Under the pieces are notes generated by a model. It worked only from the letters and a program-made list of their open reading frames with translations, was not told where the DNA came from and did not search any database. DNA of 64,000 nucleotides from positions 1,248,001-1,312,000 of the forward strand of contig CBDCRP010000002.1 in NCBI GenBank assembly GCA_965221165.1, read 5' to 3'. This document shows, in pieces, positions 18,879 to 28,567 of this stretch (position 1 is its first letter; every line of letters begins with the position of its first letter). Origin of the DNA: a bacterium (lineage in GTDB: Bacteria; UBA8248). The translations under genes and the position numbers were made by a program.

Positions 18879-21800
18879 ATGATGCATCTTCACTGGATGA
18901 AACCGGCGGCGCTGGCGGCGCTGATCGTCATGGCCGCGTCTTGTAAGACGCTCGATGAAGGCTCCGCTCCCGGAACGACGGAACCCCCGATGGCCGCCGC
19001 GCCCGCCGAGACGGGGACCGCGAATTGCGATGCCTGGAACACGCGAGACTTCTTCGGAGCCGCGACACTCGAGAGCGTAACCAATTGCCTCAATGCGGGC
19101 GCAGACCCGAACGCGCGGAATGAATTGGGTTTTACCCCTTTGCATGTCGCGGCGGAATACAACAAGAGCCCCGCCGTCGCCGCCGCGCTGATCAAGGCGG
19201 GAGCAGACCCCGACGCGCGGAACAAATTTGGCGAGACTCCTCTCGATTGGGCCGAATTCAGCGACAACCCCGCCGTGGCCGCCTTGCTCAAAAAAGCCGC
19301 CGGAGTGGCGGATGCACAGGCGGGCAAGCCCAAGCCTGCGCCCAAGAAGGTCAGCGCCGAAAAGAGATTGACGCGCTCCGCCGAGGCTCCGGCCAAAGAA
19401 ACGAAAGCCGAAGCGCGCCGCGCATCGGCGGCTTCGGGAAAAGAAAAAACCGCCGCCGCGAATTGTGGTGGCTGGAACACACCTGCCTTTTGGCAAACCG
19501 CGACACCGGAGCACGTTTTGGCTTGTCTCAAAGCCGGCGCAGACCCCAACGCGAAGGACGAAAAAGGCTATACCCCCCTGCATGAGGCGGCATGGTCGAA
19601 CGAAAACTCCGCCGTCATCGCCGCATTGCTCAAGGCGGGCGCAGACCCCAACGCGAGGAACAATCTAGGCAATACCCCCCTGCGTGCAGCGGCCAACAAC
19701 ACAAACCCCGCCGTCCTCGCCTTGCTCAAGAAAGCCGCCGGCGAGACGGGCTTACAAGTAAGCAAACCCAAACTTGCTCCTCGGAAGGTGAGCGCTGCGA
19801 AGAGCATGGCGCTCGCAGCCAAGACTCCGACCAAAGAAACGAAGACCGGGGTGAGACGCGCATCGGCGGCTTCGGGAAAAGAAAAAACCGCCGCCGCGAA
19901 TTGCGGTGACTGGAACACATGGGACTTTTTCCGGACCGCGACAGTCAATGCATTAAGTGAATGCCTGAAAGGCGGGGCAGACCCGAACGCGAGGGATGAA
20001 GACGGTATTACCCCCCTGCATTGGGCGGCTATGAGCGAAAACCCCGAGGTCATCGTCGAGTTGGTGAAAGCCGGGGCAGACCCGAACACGAAGAACAAGA
20101 ACGCTGAAACCCCCCTGTATGAGGCGGCCGGGAACGAGAACATCGCCATCACCGCCGCCCTGTTGAAAGCCGGCGCCGATCCGTTAGTGCGGAGCAAATG
20201 GGGTTTTACCCCCCTGGAAAGGGCGTCCTCCAGAAAGAACCTCGCCGTCGCCGCCTTGCTGAAGAAATCGTGGTCCAAAAGGGGCAAGACCCCCCCGTCC
20301 CCCATCCACGAAAAACCTACGCCGCTTCATGTGGCGGCGAGGAAGGGCAACGCCGAGAAGATCCAGGCGCTGTTGAAGGCCGGGGCCGACGTCAACGCGA
20401 GGATGGTTTCGCTGGGAAGTTACCCCAGGCCGCTTCACATGGCGGCGGCTCATGGCCACGTCGGGGCAGTCAAGGCCCTGTTGAAGGCCGGGGCCGACAT
20501 CGATGCAAAGGACAAAGAGACACGGTACGGAAATACGGCGCTTCAATGGGCGATACGGTCTAATCGTGTCGGAGTAGTCAAGGCGCTGTTGAAGGCCGGG
20601 GCCGACATCGATGCCGTTCCGCTTCCACTTCATACGGCGGTCTGGGAGGGCTCCGCCAGTTTAATCGAGGTGCTGTTGAAGGCCGGGGTCGACGTCAACA
20701 AGAAAAACCGTAATGGCTTAACGCCGCTTTACTTGGCGAAAAAATATGGCCATGTCGAGGCGATCGAGGCGTTGCGGAGGGCTGGCGCGGGCGAGAAGAG
20801 GTTGGTTGCGAGGACGCTGCACGATGCTGCCGCCTTCGGCGACGTGAAAAGAATAGAGGCGCTGTTGAAGGCCGGGGCCAAAGTCAACGCGAAGGGTTTC
20901 GACGGTCGGACGCCGCTTCATGACGCTGCGAAAAATGGCCATGTCGGAACAATCAAGATGCTGTTGAAGGCCGGGGCCGATGTCAACGCGAAGGGTTTCG
21001 GCACGCCGCTTCATGACGCTGCGGGAAATGGCCATGGCGCGGCGGTCGAGACACTCATGAAGGCCGGGGCCGATACAAATGCGAAGAACCAAAGCGGCAT
21101 GACACCGCTTATAGTGGCGGCATACAAGGGCGATACCCGTGTCATCGAGACGCTCGTGAATGCCGGAGCCGACGTGAATGAGAGGTGGAAATACAACAAG
21201 AACGGACCCCTTCACATAGCGGCAGAGAAAGGCCATGCCGGAGCAATCGAAGCGCTATTGAAAGCCGGGGCCGACATCGATGCAAAGGGTCCGTACGGAA
21301 AGACGTCGCTTCACATGTCGGCGGAAGAAGGCCACGTCGAAGCGGTTAGAGCGCTGCTCGAAGCAGGCGCGGACGTCAATGCGCAAACAAGTGAGGACTC
21401 TTTTGGTAAAACACCGCTTAAGCTGGCGAAAAAGAAGGGCCGCGCCAGGGTCGTCCGCGTGCTGAGAAGCGCCGGTGGAAACGAATTGAACAAATACCAG
21501 TTGGCGCTGAAAGCCAAAAGAGAAGACCTGGCGCGCAGAAGAGCCGAATCGCGCGCGCGCTCGTCCAGGTCGTCTCCCTCCTATTCATCCAGCCCGAGCC
21601 GCTCCTACTCGCAATCGAGGAGCGGCCTGTTCGGGAGCGGGGGGTCGGGCGCTCGGGCGCTGCGGCAGTTGGACGCGACCATCGCGCGGGAGAGGGCGCA
21701 AAGGCGCAGGGAGCAGGAACGGCGCAACGCGAGAATCAAGGAAGAGAACAGACGAAGGCAGGCGGCCTACAGAAGACAGCAGGAGCGCGCCAGACGAAGG

Positions 21801-22511
21801 CGCGAGGAAGCGAGAAGGCGGCAGGAGGAGAACAGGAGACGGGCGCAGGAGGCCATAAGGCGACAGGCGGAGACCCTCAAACAGGCCGAATACAAACGAC
21901 GGCAGAAAGAGGAGAGAAGGCAGGCGGAAGCCGGGAGACGGGCCGAAGAAGTCAGACGCAGAGAGCAGGCGCGCCTGCGGGAGGCGGCCAGACGACGGCA
22001 GAAAGAGGCGAGAAGGCGGGCGGAATACAAAAGGCGGCAAGAAGAGGCCCGCAGACAAGCCGCCCGCCGACGGCAGAAGCAACTACAAGCCCAACGCAGG
22101 CGACAAGCGCAAAATCAAATGGCAAAGCTGCGGCGGATCCAGCAGGAAGGAGCGCGACGAAGGCAGCAAAAGCAACGGCAACAGGAAGTCAAACGCCAGG
22201 CGGACATCGCGCGTATATTGAATTGGGACAAGAAAGACTGCGATAAAATCGAGGAAAAGGCGGACCGCGCCGTGGACTTCGTTTGTAATTTCGTAAAAAA
22301 CAACGATCCCCGTGAGTGCGGCATCGTGCGGGAAAACCGCAGACGACTCGTCAAATGGTGCAAACATAATATCTCGAGATGTCTCGGCAGAAAGCGCGCA
22401 TTCATGGAACAGGCGCTCAGGGCCGGCAACCACTCCCATGCTCTGGGCGCCGTGCGAGGATACCTGAAAGGAGTCATGGGCCAGGAATGGGAGGCGAAAT
22501 GCACCCACTAG
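18879..22511 (+). CDS. Large ankyrin-repeat lipoprotein with R/E/Q-rich helical region and Cys-rich C-terminus
   Basis: RBS GGAGG before ATG 18879; lipobox-like MAASC; about 20 G.TPLH.AA...LLKAGAD.NA repeats. Confidence 0.9.
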   Translation: MMHLHWMKPAALAALIVMAASCKTLDEGSAPGTTEPPMAAAPAETGTANCDAWNTRDFFGAATLESVTNCLNAGADPNARNELGFTPLHVAAEYNKSPAVAAALIKAGADPDARNKFGETPLDWAEFSDNPAVAALLKKAAGVADAQAGKPKPAPKKVSAEKRLTRSAEAPAKETKAEARRASAASGKEKTAAANCGGWNTPAFWQTATPEHVLACLKAGADPNAKDEKGYTPLHEAAWSNENSAVIAALLKAGADPNARNNLGNTPLRAAANNTNPAVLALLKKAAGETGLQVSKPKLAPRKVSAAKSMALAAKTPTKETKTGVRRASAASGKEKTAAANCGDWNTWDFFRTATVNALSECLKGGADPNARDEDGITPLHWAAMSENPEVIVELVKAGADPNTKNKNAETPLYEAAGNENIAITAALLKAGADPLVRSKWGFTPLERASSRKNLAVAALLKKSWSKRGKTPPSPIHEKPTPLHVAARKGNAEKIQALLKAGADVNARMVSLGSYPRPLHMAAAHGHVGAVKALLKAGADIDAKDKETRYGNTALQWAIRSNRVGVVKALLKAGADIDAVPLPLHTAVWEGSASLIEVLLKAGVDVNKKNRNGLTPLYLAKKYGHVEAIEALRRAGAGEKRLVARTLHDAAAFGDVKRIEALLKAGAKVNAKGFDGRTPLHDAAKNGHVGTIKMLLKAGADVNAKGFGTPLHDAAGNGHGAAVETLMKAGADTNAKNQSGMTPLIVAAYKGDTRVIETLVNAGADVNERWKYNKNGPLHIAAEKGHAGAIEALLKAGADIDAKGPYGKTSLHMSAEEGHVEAVRALLEAGADVNAQTSEDSFGKTPLKLAKKKGRARVVRVLRSAGGNELNKYQLALKAKREDLARRRAESRARSSRSSPSYSSSPSRSYSQSRSGLFGSGGSGARALRQLDATIARERAQRRREQERRNARIKEENRRRQAAYRRQQERARRRREEARRRQEENRRRAQEAIRRQAETLKQAEYKRRQKEERRQAEAGRRAEEVRRREQARLREAARRRQKEARRRAEYKRRQEEARRQAARRRQKQLQAQRRRQAQNQMAKLRRIQQEGARRRQQKQRQQEVKRQADIARILNWDKKDCDKIEEKADRAVDFVCNFVKNNDPRECGIVRENRRRLVKWCKHNISRCLGRKRAFMEQALRAGNHSHALGAVRGYLKGVMGQEWEAKCTH

Positions 22512-22641
22512 CGCGCCTGGGCGATATTTCGCCTCGCCGGGCGGGGGTGGATACGGGTGTTTCGATTAGGGGTCGGGGTTTCCTCCCACGTCGCGCGAGA
22601 TTTTCATCCACTCCCCCTTGAGGGTCAATTCCGACCAATAC

Positions 22642-23042
22642 GGGGTTGTTGAAAAACCCGGCCCTGGGAGCGAGCGCGTTCCCCTCGTCTTGCATGCCGC
22701 CGTATCGACCTCACCCTGAGTAGCCGCCGAAGGTCAAACGCGACTGAGAAAGGAGCGTTTGTATCGAAGGGCCCCGTTTGACCCTCCCTCCTCGGTAGGG
22801 TCAAACCCTCGATACGGCGCGCGAGCGCGCCTACTCGGGATGAGGGAGGTATTCGCCGCCAGGGCGGCGAATACGTCGCGGGTCAAACGCGAGTGAGGAA
22901 TGAGTGTTTGACGCGAGTGATGAATGTCAAATCCGAGTGAGGAGCGAGGATTTGTTTGCCGACCGACGAGGGTGGTATTACGTGCAAGGGCGGCGAATGC
23001 GCCGCAGGCATTTTTCCCTTGAGGGGGTTTTTCAACAACCCC
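22642..23042. mobile_element. MITE (401 bp) with perfect 18-bp TIRs and 5-bp target duplication
   Basis: GGGGTTGTTGAAAAACCC (22642-22659) and its exact reverse complement (23025-23042); AATAC flanks at 22637-22641 and 23043-23047; no transposase ORF. Confidence 0.85.
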
Positions 23043-23313
23043 AATACGGGGGGATTGCGCACCCAAAACCCGCCCGTTTTTTAGCTTTTTTCACGATAAT
23101 TTTATGATATCGCGGGAATGGATCGCTGATGGGTCGGGAAAGCGCAAGAGCGCATCAGCCCGCATTTGCCGTTATCGGGCTTGGCCTCTCTTGCGGCAGA
23201 ATGCGCCCGCGTGTCAGGGTTCCCACGAAAGCCTGAAAAACTGAAAATTTCGATAAATAACCGAAAATAAAAAACGGGCCGAGTCGCCCAGTGCGCCTCC
23301 GCCCATCGCGCGC

Positions 23314-23541
23314 TCAGGGGCCGGGGTAGGCTTCGGGTGGCTTCGCGTCGTCGCGTGATTTCTTTGCTTTTATCCGGTTCCTGGCGACGATGGAATCGTC
23401 CTTGAGCCGGGCGATCTGATCTTCCTCGTCATCCGCGCGCCCGTAGGCGTTACCCTTCTCGAACGCCAGCCTGCCGAACAGGCGGTTCAGGTTATTGCGC
23501 GCGGCCTCTTCGTCTTCGGCATCCTTTCTTCGATTCTTCAT
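23314..23541 (-). CDS. Small charged hypothetical protein (75 aa)
   Basis: ATG preceded by GAGGAG; lies 38 nt downstream of the MBL gene on the same strand; no recognisable motif. Confidence 0.5.
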   Translation of the reverse strand: MKNRRKDAEDEEAARNNLNRLFGRLAFEKGNAYGRADDEEDQIARLKDDSIVARNRIKAKKSRDDAKPPEAYPGP

Positions 23542-23579
23542 GTCTCCTCTCCTCTATTTTCTCAAGCTAAGCCGACAGA

Positions 23580-24707
23580 TTACAGGATTCGCCATCTCTC
23601 GCCTATCGCCATCATCTTCACGCGGCCGGCGTCGGCGCCCGTTTTCTCCATGTGCGCCTTAAGGACCTTGGGCGGATAGTCGATGGGCTCATCCGTCAGA
23701 TCGAACGTCCCCCAGTGCATGGGAATCATCCAGCGCGCGCCCAGATCGCCAAACGCCCTTAAGCCCTCGGCGGGATTCATGTGGGAATAGCGCATCATCC
23801 ACCGGGGCTCGTAGGCGCCGATGGAGAGCATCGCCGCGTCTACCGGGCCGAATTTGCGGCCATATTCCCTGAAACCCTGAAAATAGCCGCTGTCGCCACC
23901 ATGAAAATACCGGCGCGCGCCGGTATCGATGAGCCAGGAGCACCAAAGCGTCGAGTCCCTGGCCATCCCGAAGCGGTTCGACCAGTGCTGCGCAGGCAGG
24001 CAGGTGAGGCGCACGCCCCCGTGCTGCGCGCTTTCCCACCAATCGAGTTCCACGGCGCGCCGGCCGAGTGATTCCACGAAAGCGCCCAGGCCCTTCGGCA
24101 CGAACCATGCGACGTCCTCGGGCAGGTTCTCTATCGTCCAGGAATCGAGATGATCGTAATGGTTGTGGGATATCGTCGCCACGGCGCCCCCCGGAATCGA
24201 GGCCGCAGGCACGCCCGGCGGCTGGTGGCGTCCATGCCAAAAAGCCCGCCCGCCTAAGTGCGGGTCCGTCAGGATGACGCTCGGGCCATCCTGAATGATA
24301 AAACCGCAATGCCCGATCCAGGTGATGGAAGACTCTTCGTCCGGCCTCGATAGATACGCGCCATCGTTGGAAACGACGGGAACACCGGGCGTTTCGCCGT
24401 TTTTCATCTTTGCGAATTCATTGCGGTATAGTAATTTCCATTTCCAGAAATTGACCCGCGAACCCGGATTCGGCCACCAGGGATTAAACCACGCCCCCGG
24501 CTCGCCATGCGGCCAATACAGGGATTCCGCCTCGCGGGAAACAAGACCCTGCGTTTCAGGAGGCGGCGACGACGGCGCCTTGATTCCCAAACCCATCCGC
24601 GCGCACCCTCCCGCCAGCCCCAAGGCGCCCAGGCCCACCAGGCCTGCGCGCTTGAGAAACTTTCGTCTGCCGATTTTCGGTTTCATCACAACCTGCGTGG
24701 CGGCCAT
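23580..24707 (-). CDS. MBL-fold metallohydrolase (NAPE-PLD/RomA-like), Tat-exported lipoprotein
   Basis: GRRKFLK + LAGGC, TWIGH, SHNHYDHLD, PAQHWS, GDSGY, IGAYEP, PMHWGTF. Confidence 0.9.
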   Translation of the reverse strand: MAATQVVMKPKIGRRKFLKRAGLVGLGALGLAGGCARMGLGIKAPSSPPPETQGLVSREAESLYWPHGEPGAWFNPWWPNPGSRVNFWKWKLLYRNEFAKMKNGETPGVPVVSNDGAYLSRPDEESSITWIGHCGFIIQDGPSVILTDPHLGGRAFWHGRHQPPGVPAASIPGGAVATISHNHYDHLDSWTIENLPEDVAWFVPKGLGAFVESLGRRAVELDWWESAQHGGVRLTCLPAQHWSNRFGMARDSTLWCSWLIDTGARRYFHGGDSGYFQGFREYGRKFGPVDAAMLSIGAYEPRWMMRYSHMNPAEGLRAFGDLGARWMIPMHWGTFDLTDEPIDYPPKVLKAHMEKTGADAGRVKMMAIGERWRIL

Positions 24708-24737
24708 TCAAATATCCCGCGGCCTCGGGACGAAAAA

Positions 24738-25610
24738 TCAAGCAAGCGCCTCATACCAGTCCGCAATGGCCCGGCCCATCTCATCGGGTGAGTCCTCATG
24801 GCAATAATGAAGCCCGGAAACCGTTGCCTCTTTCACGTTCGGCCAGCCACGAACCATCGTCCGGTGCTCTCCCACGAGGACGGCCCCAGGGTCTGAGTTG
24901 ATGAAAAGTTTCGGAACCGGGTGCTTGCCAAGCCAGGCGTTGTTGCGCTCGATGATTTCGAGAACGTCCGCAGGCTCCCCCTCGATGGGGATCTCGCGCG
25001 GCCACGTGAGCGTGGGCCTTCTCGCTTCGCCGGGATTTTTGTAGGGCCTCCTGTACTCATCGTGAATTTCCTTAGGAACCTCGCGGATGACCATGGCGGG
25101 CAGAATTTTCTCCACGAAGAAATTTTGCTCCAAAACGAGTTCCTCGCCCTCCTCGCTGCGAAACCTCTTGAAAAGGGCCTGAACGTCCGGCGGCCAATGG
25201 CTCCACTCGAAATTACCGACGACCCCCTGGCATATCACGACGCCCTTGAGCTTATCCCGTATATCCGCCGCCCACGTGAAGCCGAGCTGCGCGCCCCAGT
25301 CGTGCGTGACGATGGTGACGTTCTCCTTCACCCCCAGGGCATCCATCAGCGCGTTGGTGAACGGCTGGTGATCGGCCAGGCGGTACATGGAGCTGGCGAG
25401 TTTCTCGGAATCGCCCTGCCCGATATTGTCTATCGCGATGCAGCGGCCCAACGCCTCGACGTGCGGCATCACGTTGCGCCACATGTAGGACGAAGTGATG
25501 TTGCCGTGAAAAAAGACGATCGGGTCCCCTTCGCCCGCTTCCACATAGGCCATCTTCTTGCCCAAAACTTCCGCGAATTTTTTCTCATACCTCATGCGAG
25601 GCTCTATCAT
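24738..25610 (-). CDS. Haloalkane dehalogenase-like (LinB/DhaA subfamily) hydrolase
   Basis: HGN.TSSY.WRN, HDWG, YRRPY..PGEARRPTLTWPREIP, GLHY..EDSP. Confidence 0.88.
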   Translation of the reverse strand: MIEPRMRYEKKFAEVLGKKMAYVEAGEGDPIVFFHGNITSSYMWRNVMPHVEALGRCIAIDNIGQGDSEKLASSMYRLADHQPFTNALMDALGVKENVTIVTHDWGAQLGFTWAADIRDKLKGVVICQGVVGNFEWSHWPPDVQALFKRFRSEEGEELVLEQNFFVEKILPAMVIREVPKEIHDEYRRPYKNPGEARRPTLTWPREIPIEGEPADVLEIIERNNAWLGKHPVPKLFINSDPGAVLVGEHRTMVRGWPNVKEATVSGLHYCHEDSPDEMGRAIADWYEALA

Positions 25611-25638
25611 CACTTCCTCATCCCATTCGAATCCGGAT

Positions 25639-26685
25639 TCATTCACCCACCCCCAAAACCAGCTTCCCTCGCACGTGGCCCTCTTCTAAGAGCGTATGCG
25701 CCCCGGCGATGTTCTCCGCGTTCATGACTCCTAAGTCGGTGACCTGCGGCGGTCTGATTTGCCCTGCCTCCACCCAGTCGCGAATTTTTTCGAGCGCCTT
25801 CTTGTAGACGCCGTAGTAGGCGGGGCCGCCCCCGCGCACGGGGGCGCGCAGGAAAACGCTGTGAAACGAAGCCGACTTGCTGAACAGGGGGCCATTCTGG
25901 AACGACAAAAACTCATCCATGAGCGTTCCAGGTTCTGGCGCGATGGAGGAGATTCTCCCCCAGTAGTCCACCACCTCGCAGCAGAGTTTCTTCATCTCGC
26001 GGCCCACGAAATCAAACGTGGCGGGGAAAAGACGGCCCTCGTTCATCTCCACGGCCCGCCGGGACAACTCATCGAGCGAGAGCCCGGGATATTTCAATAC
26101 GCCGTTCGGGGCGGGGCCGATTAAATTCTCTATGTATTCGGCGCTCTCATCGCTTCCCGCCGTCGCAATGATGGGAGATGCGCCGATAGACTCAAGCATC
26201 TGAAGCCCCATTGTTCCCACGCCGCCCGAACCACCCGCCACAAAGGCCGCCTCACCCGGCCGCACCCCCGCCTTCATCACCACCGCCTCATAGGCGGTCA
26301 ACGAGACGAGCGGCAAGGCGGCCGCTTCCGCAAAACCGGTGTTCGTCGGCTTTTTCACGACGAAAGCGGTATGGATGCACACGAACTGCGCATATCCATC
26401 CCCGCCGCCGTCGCCAAAGCGCGGCAGATAGGCCATCACCTCATCACCGGGGGAGAATTCCGCCACGCCCTCGCCGACCGATTCGACCACCCCGGCGGTA
26501 TCCCGGCCGAGAATGATGGGAACCGCGCCCTGGTTGCCGCCCCGTCTGGCCTTGAAATCGGTCGGGTTCACGGAGATCGCCTTCGCCCGTATCTTCACCT
26601 CCTCGGGGCCGGGTTCTCTCTCGGGCCAATCGGCCTCCTCGAAATTCTCCACCCCGCCGAACTCTCTCAATACGACTGCGTACAT
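25639..26685 (-). CDS. MDR family quinone oxidoreductase-like dehydrogenase
   Basis: SVNPTD.K.R, ILGRD.AGVV, AAALPLV.LTAYE, GGSGGVG, GH.RGKLVL. Confidence 0.9.
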   Translation of the reverse strand: MYAVVLREFGGVENFEEADWPEREPGPEEVKIRAKAISVNPTDFKARRGGNQGAVPIILGRDTAGVVESVGEGVAEFSPGDEVMAYLPRFGDGGGDGYAQFVCIHTAFVVKKPTNTGFAEAAALPLVSLTAYEAVVMKAGVRPGEAAFVAGGSGGVGTMGLQMLESIGASPIIATAGSDESAEYIENLIGPAPNGVLKYPGLSLDELSRRAVEMNEGRLFPATFDFVGREMKKLCCEVVDYWGRISSIAPEPGTLMDEFLSFQNGPLFSKSASFHSVFLRAPVRGGGPAYYGVYKKALEKIRDWVEAGQIRPPQVTDLGVMNAENIAGAHTLLEEGHVRGKLVLGVGE

Positions 26686-26697
26686 TTCCACCCTCCG

Positions 26698-27483
26698 CTA
26701 TACCATCCAGGCCCCACCTGCGAGGACCAATCCCTGTCCCGTGACGTTTCGGCTCTCATCGCTCGCGAGATAGACCGCCATGTGACCCACGTCGTCCGTC
26801 GTCTGCTCGCGGCCCAGCGGAACCGTCGCCTCGACGTATTCATCGAACACCCTTCTCGCGGGCCTGTCCGTCTCCGCCCCGATGATGACGCCGTGTCCCT
26901 TCTCCCAGATATTCGTCCACAACAGGCCCGGGTTGATGGCGTTCACGTTCACGTTGTAGGGGGCCATCTCCCTGGCGAGGCTCATCGTGAAGTTCAGGCA
27001 CGCCGCCTTGGACGCGGAATACTGCGGCACGTTCGCGTTCGCGCGTCTTGCGGCGAGCGAGGCCAGATTGATGATTTTCCCGTATCTGCGCGCGCGCATA
27101 TGGGCGGCTATCGCCCGGCACATCAAGAACACGCCGGTCGAGTTGACTGCGAAAACGGCGTTCCACTCATCCAGCGTTATCTTATCGATGGGGTTTGCCA
27201 CGAGCGCCGCCCCTCTTCCGTGGCAATTCACCAGAATATCGACGCGTCCCATTCGCTCGATGGCCGTCCGGACGACGCTTTCCGCGTCCGCCTCGCCCGT
27301 CACGTCCGCCACCAGGGCGAAATGCGCCCCCTCGCCCGCGTCATCGAGTCCTCTTCGGGTTACCTCGTCATCGACGTCGACAACGCAAATTTGTGCGCCC
27401 TCCCGGGAGAAAGCGCGGATGATGCCCCGGCCGATTCCGCCGCCGCCGCCGGTGACGAGCGCTTTTTTCCCTTCCAGACGCAT
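26698..27483 (-). CDS. SDR family oxidoreductase (paralogue A)
   Basis: TGGGGGIG, YSASK, NAINPG, VTGQ. Confidence 0.93.
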   Translation of the reverse strand: MRLEGKKALVTGGGGGIGRGIIRAFSREGAQICVVDVDDEVTRRGLDDAGEGAHFALVADVTGEADAESVVRTAIERMGRVDILVNCHGRGAALVANPIDKITLDEWNAVFAVNSTGVFLMCRAIAAHMRARRYGKIINLASLAARRANANVPQYSASKAACLNFTMSLAREMAPYNVNVNAINPGLLWTNIWEKGHGVIIGAETDRPARRVFDEYVEATVPLGREQTTDDVGHMAVYLASDESRNVTGQGLVLAGGAWMV

Positions 27484-27501
27484 TCTTGTTTCCATCCTCG
27501 G

Positions 27502-28287
27502 CTAGACCATCCAGGCGCCGCCCGCGAGGAGCAGTCCCTGTCCCGTGACGTTTTGGCTCTCATCGCTCGCGAGATAGACCGCCATGTGGCCCACGTCGTC
27601 CGGCGTTTGCTCGCGGCCCAGGGGAACCGCCGCCTCGACGAACTCATCGAACACCCTTCTCGGGGGCCTGTCCGTCTCCGCCCCGATGATGACGCCGTGT
27701 CCTTTTTCCCAAAGATTCGTCCACAACAGGCCCGGATTGATCGCGTTGACGTTCACGTTGTAAGGGGCCATCTCCTTGGCGAGACTCATGGTGAAGTTCA
27801 TGCACGCCGCCTTGGAGGCGCAGTAATGCGGCACGTTCTCGTTCGCGCGCCTTGCGGCGAGCGAGGCCAGATTGATGATTTTTCCGTACTTTCGCTCACG
27901 CATATGGGCGGCTATCGCCCGGCACGTCAAGAACACGCCCGTCGTGTTGACCGCGAAAACGGCGTTCCACTCCTCGAGCGTTATATTATCGATGGGGTTT
28001 CCCATCAGCGCCGACGGCCTGCCGTGACAATTCACCAGAATATCGACGTGTCCCATGCGTTCGATGGCCGTCTGCACGATGTTTTCCGCGTCCACCTCGC
28101 TCGTCACATCCGCCGCCAGGGCGAAATGCGCCCCTTGGCCCGCGTCATCGAGTCCTTGCTTGTTTACTTCGTCATTGACGTCGACCACGCAAATTTGCGC
28201 GCCCTCTCGGGAGAAAGCGCGGATGATGCCTCTGCCGATTCCGCCGCCGCCGCCCGTGACAACTGCTTTTTTCCCTTCTAAACGCAT
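27502..28287 (-). CDS. SDR family oxidoreductase (paralogue B)
   Basis: TGGGGGIG, YCASK; AGGAGG RBS; same length as paralogue A. Confidence 0.93.
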   Translation of the reverse strand: MRLEGKKAVVTGGGGGIGRGIIRAFSREGAQICVVDVNDEVNKQGLDDAGQGAHFALAADVTSEVDAENIVQTAIERMGHVDILVNCHGRPSALMGNPIDNITLEEWNAVFAVNTTGVFLTCRAIAAHMRERKYGKIINLASLAARRANENVPHYCASKAACMNFTMSLAKEMAPYNVNVNAINPGLLWTNLWEKGHGVIIGAETDRPPRRVFDEFVEAAVPLGREQTPDDVGHMAVYLASDESQNVTGQGLLLAGGAWMV

Positions 28288-28567
28288 TCGCACCCCTCCT
28301 GAAAGAAAACTTCATTGATTCATCGGATAAAAACCACTCACGCATATTTCGAGCTTGAATGTTGATTTCCATTCTCGAAGCGCTATTTGTCTCGATTCTA
28401 ACAAGAATGGGGCGGAGTGAATATCTCGAACCCGAATCCTCAGGATTCACCCCTCGGGGAGTTTCCTCCCGCACGGGGAGGATGGTATTCTCACCCCCGT
28501 CTCAAAAACCTCTGGATAACAACCGCAGACATCGTGAGGATGTCCCGAAAAATGACAGGAGCATGAA

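Noticed and set aside
21540-22200. R/E/Q-rich stretch as a separate repeat element
   Set aside because: It is in-frame low-complexity coding sequence of the ankyrin protein without exact DNA periodicity.
28290-28560. Possible riboswitch or sRNA in the divergent SDR/VOC gap
   Set aside because: Only short hairpins (GAATCCTCAGGATTC; CCTCCCGCACGGGGAGG) and no consensus I recognise; an Rfam scan would be needed.
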